DNA of 64,000 nucleotides from Escherichia coli (GTDB lineage Bacteria; Pseudomonadota; Gammaproteobacteria; Enterobacterales; Enterobacteriaceae): NCBI RefSeq assembly GCF_002854065.1, contig NZ_CP024147.1; one strand, 5' to 3'. Shown piece by piece: positions 58,910 to 64,000 of this stretch (position 1 is its first letter; each line of letters starts with the position of its first letter). The notes under the pieces were generated by a model. It saw only the letters and a program-made list of their open reading frames with translations, ran no database searches and was not told where the DNA came from. The position numbers and the translations under genes were made by a program.

Positions 58910-59799
58910 TGAGCGGCTTACCTCTTATTTCGCGCCGTCGACTGTTAACGGCGATGGCGCTTTCTCCGTTGTTATGGCAGATGAATACCGCCCACGCGGC
59001 GGCTATTGATCCCAATCGTATTGTGGCGCTGGAGTGGTTGCCGGTGGAATTACTGCTGGCGCTCGGCATCGTGCCTTACGGCGTGGCGGACACCATCAAC
59101 TATCGCCTGTGGGTTAGCGAACCGCCATTGCCGGACTCAGTGATTGACGTTGGTTTGCGTACAGAACCTAACCTTGAACTGCTGACCGAAATGAAACCGT
59201 CGTTTATGGTCTGGTCGGCAGGATATGGCCCTTCACCAGAAATGCTGGCTCGTATTGCGCCGGGGCGTGGTTTTAACTTCAGCGACGGCAAACAGCCGCT
59301 GGCGATGGCGCGTAAATCGCTGACGGAAATGGCGGATTTACTTAACCTGCAAAGCGCAGCAGAAACGCATTTAGCGCAATATGAAGACTTTATCCGCAGC
59401 ATGAAACCCCGCTTTGTGAAGCGTGGTGCACGCCCGTTATTGCTGACGACGCTTATCGATCCGCGCCATATGTTGGTCTTCGGTCCAAACAGCTTGTTCC
59501 AGGAAATTCTTGATGAGTACGGTATCCCAAATGCCTGGCAAGGGGAAACCAACTTCTGGGGCAGCACCGCCGTCAGTATCGATCGTCTGGCGGCGTATAA
59601 AGATGTTGATGTGCTCTGTTTTGATCATGACAACAGCAAAGACATGGATGCGCTAATGGCAACGCCGCTGTGGCAGGCCATGCCGTTTGTCCGCGCCGGA
59701 CGCTTTCAGCGCGTACCTGCAGTCTGGTTTTATGGTGCGACGCTCTCGGCAATGCACTTTGTGCGCGTTCTGGATAACGCCATCGGAGGTAAAGCGTGA
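58909..59799 (+). CDS. fhuD: ferric hydroxamate periplasmic binding protein
   Basis: Start at ATG 58909, overlapping the fhuC stop; 296 aa with Tat-like signal SRRRLLTAMALSPLLWQMNTAHA. Confidence 0.93.
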   Translation: MSGLPLISRRRLLTAMALSPLLWQMNTAHAAAIDPNRIVALEWLPVELLLALGIVPYGVADTINYRLWVSEPPLPDSVIDVGLRTEPNLELLTEMKPSFMVWSAGYGPSPEMLARIAPGRGFNFSDGKQPLAMARKSLTEMADLLNLQSAAETHLAQYEDFIRSMKPRFVKRGARPLLLTTLIDPRHMLVFGPNSLFQEILDEYGIPNAWQGETNFWGSTAVSIDRLAAYKDVDVLCFDHDNSKDMDALMATPLWQAMPFVRAGRFQRVPAVWFYGATLSAMHFVRVLDNAIGGKA

Positions 59800-61778
59800 G
59801 TAAACGAATTGCGCTTTTCCCGGCGTTATTGCTGGCGCTGTTAGTGATTGTCGCTACGGCGCTCACCTGGATGAACTTCTCGCAGGCGCTGCCGCGTAGC
59901 CAGTGGGCGCAGGCTGCCTGGTCGCCGGATATTGACGTCATCGAGCAGATGATTTTTCACTACAGCTTGTTGCCGCGTCTGGCGATTTCGCTGCTGGTGG
60001 GCGCGGGCCTGGGGCTGGTGGGCGTGCTGTTTCAGCAAGTGCTGCGTAACCCGCTGGCGGAACCGACGACACTTGGCGTTGCTACAGGCGCGCAACTGGG
60101 GATTACCGTCACTACGCTCTGGGCGATCCCAGGGGCGATGGCGAGTCAGTTTGCTGCGCTGGCGGGCGCTTGCGTTGTTGGCTTAATCGTCTTTGGCGTC
60201 GCGTGGGGGAAACGGCTTTCGCCGGTAACGCTGATCCTCGCGGGGCTGGTAGTGAGCCTTTATTGTGGGGCAATCAATCAGTTACTGGTTATCTTCCACC
60301 ATGACCAACTGCAAAGCATGTTCCTGTGGAGCACCGGAACGCTGACGCAAACCGACTGGGGCGGTGTTGAGCGTTTATGGCCGCAGTTGCTGGGCGGTGT
60401 GATGCTGACGTTGCTGCTACTTCGTCCGTTAACCCTGATGGGGCTTGATGATGGCGTGGCGCGCAATCTCGGGCTGGCCTTGTCGCTCGCGCGTCTGGCG
60501 GCGCTGTCGCTGGCGATAGTCATCAGTGCGCTGCTGGTGAACGCAGTGGGGATTATCGGCTTTATCGGGTTGTTCGCGCCGCTGCTGGCAAAAATGCTGG
60601 GGGCGCGGCGTCTGCTGCCGCGACTGATGCTGGCGTCGTTGATTGGTGCGCTGATCCTCTGGCTTTCCGATCAAATCATCCTCTGGCTGACTCGTGTGTG
60701 GATGGAAGTGTCCACCGGTTCGGTCACTGCGTTGATCGGTGCGCCGCTGCTACTGTGGCTGTTGCCGCGTTTACGCAGCATTAGCGCGCCGGATATGAAG
60801 GTCAACGATCGTGTCGCGGCTGAACGCCAACATGTGCTGGCGTTTGCCCTCGCGGGCGGCGTGCTGCTGTTGATGGCTGTGGTGGTGGCGCTGTCGTTTG
60901 GTCGTGATGCGCACGGCTGGACGTGGGCGAGCGGGGCGTTGCTCGATGATTTAATGCCCTGGCGCTGGCCGCGAATTATGGCGGCGCTATTTGCGGGCGT
61001 CATGCTGGCGGTGGCGGGCTGTATTATTCAGCGACTGACCGGCAACCCGATGGCAAGCCCGGAAGTGCTGGGGATTAGCTCCGGCGCAGCGTTTGGCGTG
61101 GTACTGATGCTGTTTCTGGTACCGGGTAATGCTTTTGGCTGGCTGTTACCCGCGGGAAGTATCGGTGCGGCGGTGACGCTGTTGATTATTATGATCGCCG
61201 CCGGGCGCGGTGGATTTTCCCCACACCGTATGTTACTGGCGGGGATGGCGTTAAGTACCGCATTCACCATGCTTTTGATGATGTTGCAGGCGAGCGGTGA
61301 CCCGCGAATGGCGCAAGTGCTGACCTGGATTTCCGGTTCGACCTACAACGCGACCGATGCGCAGGTCTGGCGTACCGGAATTGTGATGGTGATTTTGCTG
61401 GCGATTACCCCGCTGTACCGCCGCTGGCTGACCATTTTACCGCTGGGTGGTGATACCGCCCGAGCCGTAGGAATGGCGCTGACGCCGACGCGAATTGCGC
61501 TGCTGCTGTTAGCGGCTTGCCTGACGGCGACCGCGACGATGACTATTGGACCGTTGAGTTTTGTTGGTTTAATGGCACCGCATATTGCGCGGATGATGGG
61601 TTTTCGACGGACGATGCCACACATCGTAATTTCGGCGCTGGTGGGTGGTTTACTGCTGGTATTCGCTGACTGGTGTGGGCGGATGGTGCTGTTTCCATTC
61701 CAGATCCCGGCGGGGCTGCTGTCGACCTTTATCGGAGCGCCATATTTTATCTATTTGCTGAGAAAGCAGAGCCGTTAA
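59796..61778 (+). CDS. fhuB: ferric hydroxamate ABC transporter permease (duplicated FecCD-type)
   Basis: 660-aa ORF with two homologous halves; overlaps the fhuD stop. Confidence 0.95.
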   Translation: MSKRIALFPALLLALLVIVATALTWMNFSQALPRSQWAQAAWSPDIDVIEQMIFHYSLLPRLAISLLVGAGLGLVGVLFQQVLRNPLAEPTTLGVATGAQLGITVTTLWAIPGAMASQFAALAGACVVGLIVFGVAWGKRLSPVTLILAGLVVSLYCGAINQLLVIFHHDQLQSMFLWSTGTLTQTDWGGVERLWPQLLGGVMLTLLLLRPLTLMGLDDGVARNLGLALSLARLAALSLAIVISALLVNAVGIIGFIGLFAPLLAKMLGARRLLPRLMLASLIGALILWLSDQIILWLTRVWMEVSTGSVTALIGAPLLLWLLPRLRSISAPDMKVNDRVAAERQHVLAFALAGGVLLLMAVVVALSFGRDAHGWTWASGALLDDLMPWRWPRIMAALFAGVMLAVAGCIIQRLTGNPMASPEVLGISSGAAFGVVLMLFLVPGNAFGWLLPAGSIGAAVTLLIIMIAAGRGGFSPHRMLLAGMALSTAFTMLLMMLQASGDPRMAQVLTWISGSTYNATDAQVWRTGIVMVILLAITPLYRRWLTILPLGGDTARAVGMALTPTRIALLLLAACLTATATMTIGPLSFVGLMAPHIARMMGFRRTMPHIVISALVGGLLLVFADWCGRMVLFPFQIPAGLLSTFIGAPYFIYLLRKQSR

Positions 61779-61812
61779 TAGAATGCCTCGCCCGGTGGGC
61801 GAGGCAAAATTA

Positions 61813-63093
61813 TCACAACTTCGCAAATACCCGACGTGCAGCATCGATGGTGTTATTGATATCTTCCCTGCTGTGCGCCACAGACATAAAGCCCGCTTCA
61901 AACGCTGACGGTGCCAGGTAAACACCTTCATCCAGCATCATATGGAAGAAACGCTTAAAGCGCTCGACGTCACAGGCCATCACATCCTGATAGCACGTCA
62001 CGGACTCGGCGTCGGTAAAGAAAATACCGAACATGCCGCCAACGTGGTTTACCACCAGCGGAATTCCGGCTTCTTCTGCCGCTTCCAGCAGACCTTCTGC
62101 CAGACGTGTTGTCAGCTCATCCAGCGTTTCGTGAACGCCCGGCTGCGCGACTTCATTCAGACAGGCGAAACCGGCTGCCATCGCAATCGGGTTACCGGAA
62201 AGCGTACCCGCCTGATAGACCGGACCCGTCGGGGCCAGCGCATCCATTACATCACGACGACCACCGAATGCGCCTACCGGCATTCCACCGCCGATGATTT
62301 TTCCGAGGCAGGTTAAATCTGGCACTACGCCGTAATAATCCTGTGCGCCAGCTAGCGCTACGCGGAAACCGGTCATCACTTCATCGATGATCAGCAACGC
62401 GCCAAATTCGTCGCACAGCGCGCGCAGACCTGGCAGGAAGTCTGGCAGCGGTGGAACACAGTTCATATTGCCTGCCACCGGCTCGACGATAATACAGGCA
62501 ATCTCTTGCGGGTATTGCTCAAACGCGGCGCGTACAGAAGCCAGATCGTTATAAGTACAGGTTAAGGTATGTTTGGCGAAATCTGCCGGAACGCCCGGCG
62601 AGTTTGGCTGACCTAACGTGAGTGCGCCAGAACCGGCTTTCACCAGCAGGCAGTCAGCGTGACCGTGGTAGCATCCTTCAAATTTAATAATTTTGTCGCG
62701 ACCGGTAAAACCACGGGCCAGGCGGATGGCGCTCATTGTCGCTTCAGTGCCGGAGTTCACCATGCGCACCATATCCATGGTCGGGACCAGTTCGGTCACC
62801 AGTTGCGCCATTTTCACTTCCATTTCGGTTGGTGCACCAAAGCTTAAACCACGCTCGGCGGCTTCAATCACGGCATTGCGGATCGCCGGATGGTTATGGC
62901 CCAGCACCATCGGCCCCCAGGAACCGACATAATCGATATAGGCTTTGCCATCAACATCGTACAGATAAGCGCCGTCCGCTTTTTCGATAAACAGTGGAGT
63001 GCCGCCCACGCCAGTAAAGGCGCGAACAGGGGAGTTCACACCGCCAGGGATCAGCTCGCGCGCTGCGCTGTAAAGATTTTCAGACTTACTCAT
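61813..63093 (-). CDS. hemL: glutamate-1-semialdehyde 2,1-aminomutase
   Basis: 426-aa ORF; class III aminotransferase family. Confidence 0.95.
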   Translation of the reverse strand: MSKSENLYSAARELIPGGVNSPVRAFTGVGGTPLFIEKADGAYLYDVDGKAYIDYVGSWGPMVLGHNHPAIRNAVIEAAERGLSFGAPTEMEVKMAQLVTELVPTMDMVRMVNSGTEATMSAIRLARGFTGRDKIIKFEGCYHGHADCLLVKAGSGALTLGQPNSPGVPADFAKHTLTCTYNDLASVRAAFEQYPQEIACIIVEPVAGNMNCVPPLPDFLPGLRALCDEFGALLIIDEVMTGFRVALAGAQDYYGVVPDLTCLGKIIGGGMPVGAFGGRRDVMDALAPTGPVYQAGTLSGNPIAMAAGFACLNEVAQPGVHETLDELTTRLAEGLLEAAEEAGIPLVVNHVGGMFGIFFTDAESVTCYQDVMACDVERFKRFFHMMLDEGVYLAPSAFEAGFMSVAHSREDINNTIDAARRVFAKL

Positions 63094-63299
63094 GGAGGGT
63101 TCCTGATTCGTAGAAAAAGTGAATGGCTGCTATTCTATGTTATTCATAACAAGTTAAATACTCGTCAAACATCAGGCTGCTTGTACTGGTGCAATCCTGA
63201 TTTCTTAGAGTATAAAAGTTTTGTGCATTTGAAACATTACGCTTTGCAAAGGATTTTCATGGAACGTGCGAGTAAAATGCCGTCATCTTATTTGTATGA

Positions 63300-64000
<701 letters not shown>

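Overview
This window is an Escherichia coli (or Shigella) chromosomal segment collinear with the K-12 guaC-to-clcA region. I found no CRISPR array, rRNA/tRNA gene, prophage or novel gene island, and I do not see a previously undescribed system here. About 55 protein-coding genes are supported, almost all well-known core genes: guaC, hofCB-ppdD, nadC, ampDE, aroP, pdhR-aceEF-lpd, yacH, acnB, yacL, speED, yacC, cueO, gcd, hpt, can, yadGH, yadI, yadE, panD, rpnC(yadD), panCB, the yadCKLM-htrE-ecpD-yadN fimbrial operon, folK, pcnB, gluQ, dksA, sfsA, thpR, hrpB, mrcB, fhuACDB, hemL and the start of clcA. The points worth a second look are: (1) a complete 1331-bp IS2 with a 5-bp target duplication splitting the usher gene htrE; (2) single-base frameshifts in yadM and ecpD, so this cryptic fimbrial operon looks decayed, unless these are homopolymer sequencing errors; (3) an rpnC gene with an alternative C-terminal tail, an internal ribosome-binding site and ATG, and a free-standing 69-codon orphan copy of the tail module downstream; (4) a perfect 17-bp inverted repeat in the AT-rich yadN promoter region; (5) 96-bp tandem repeats and a His/Asp-rich tract in yacH. 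Comparisons to K-12 are from memory of the reference and could not be checked by alignment. All coordinates were counted by hand from the sequence and ORF track.
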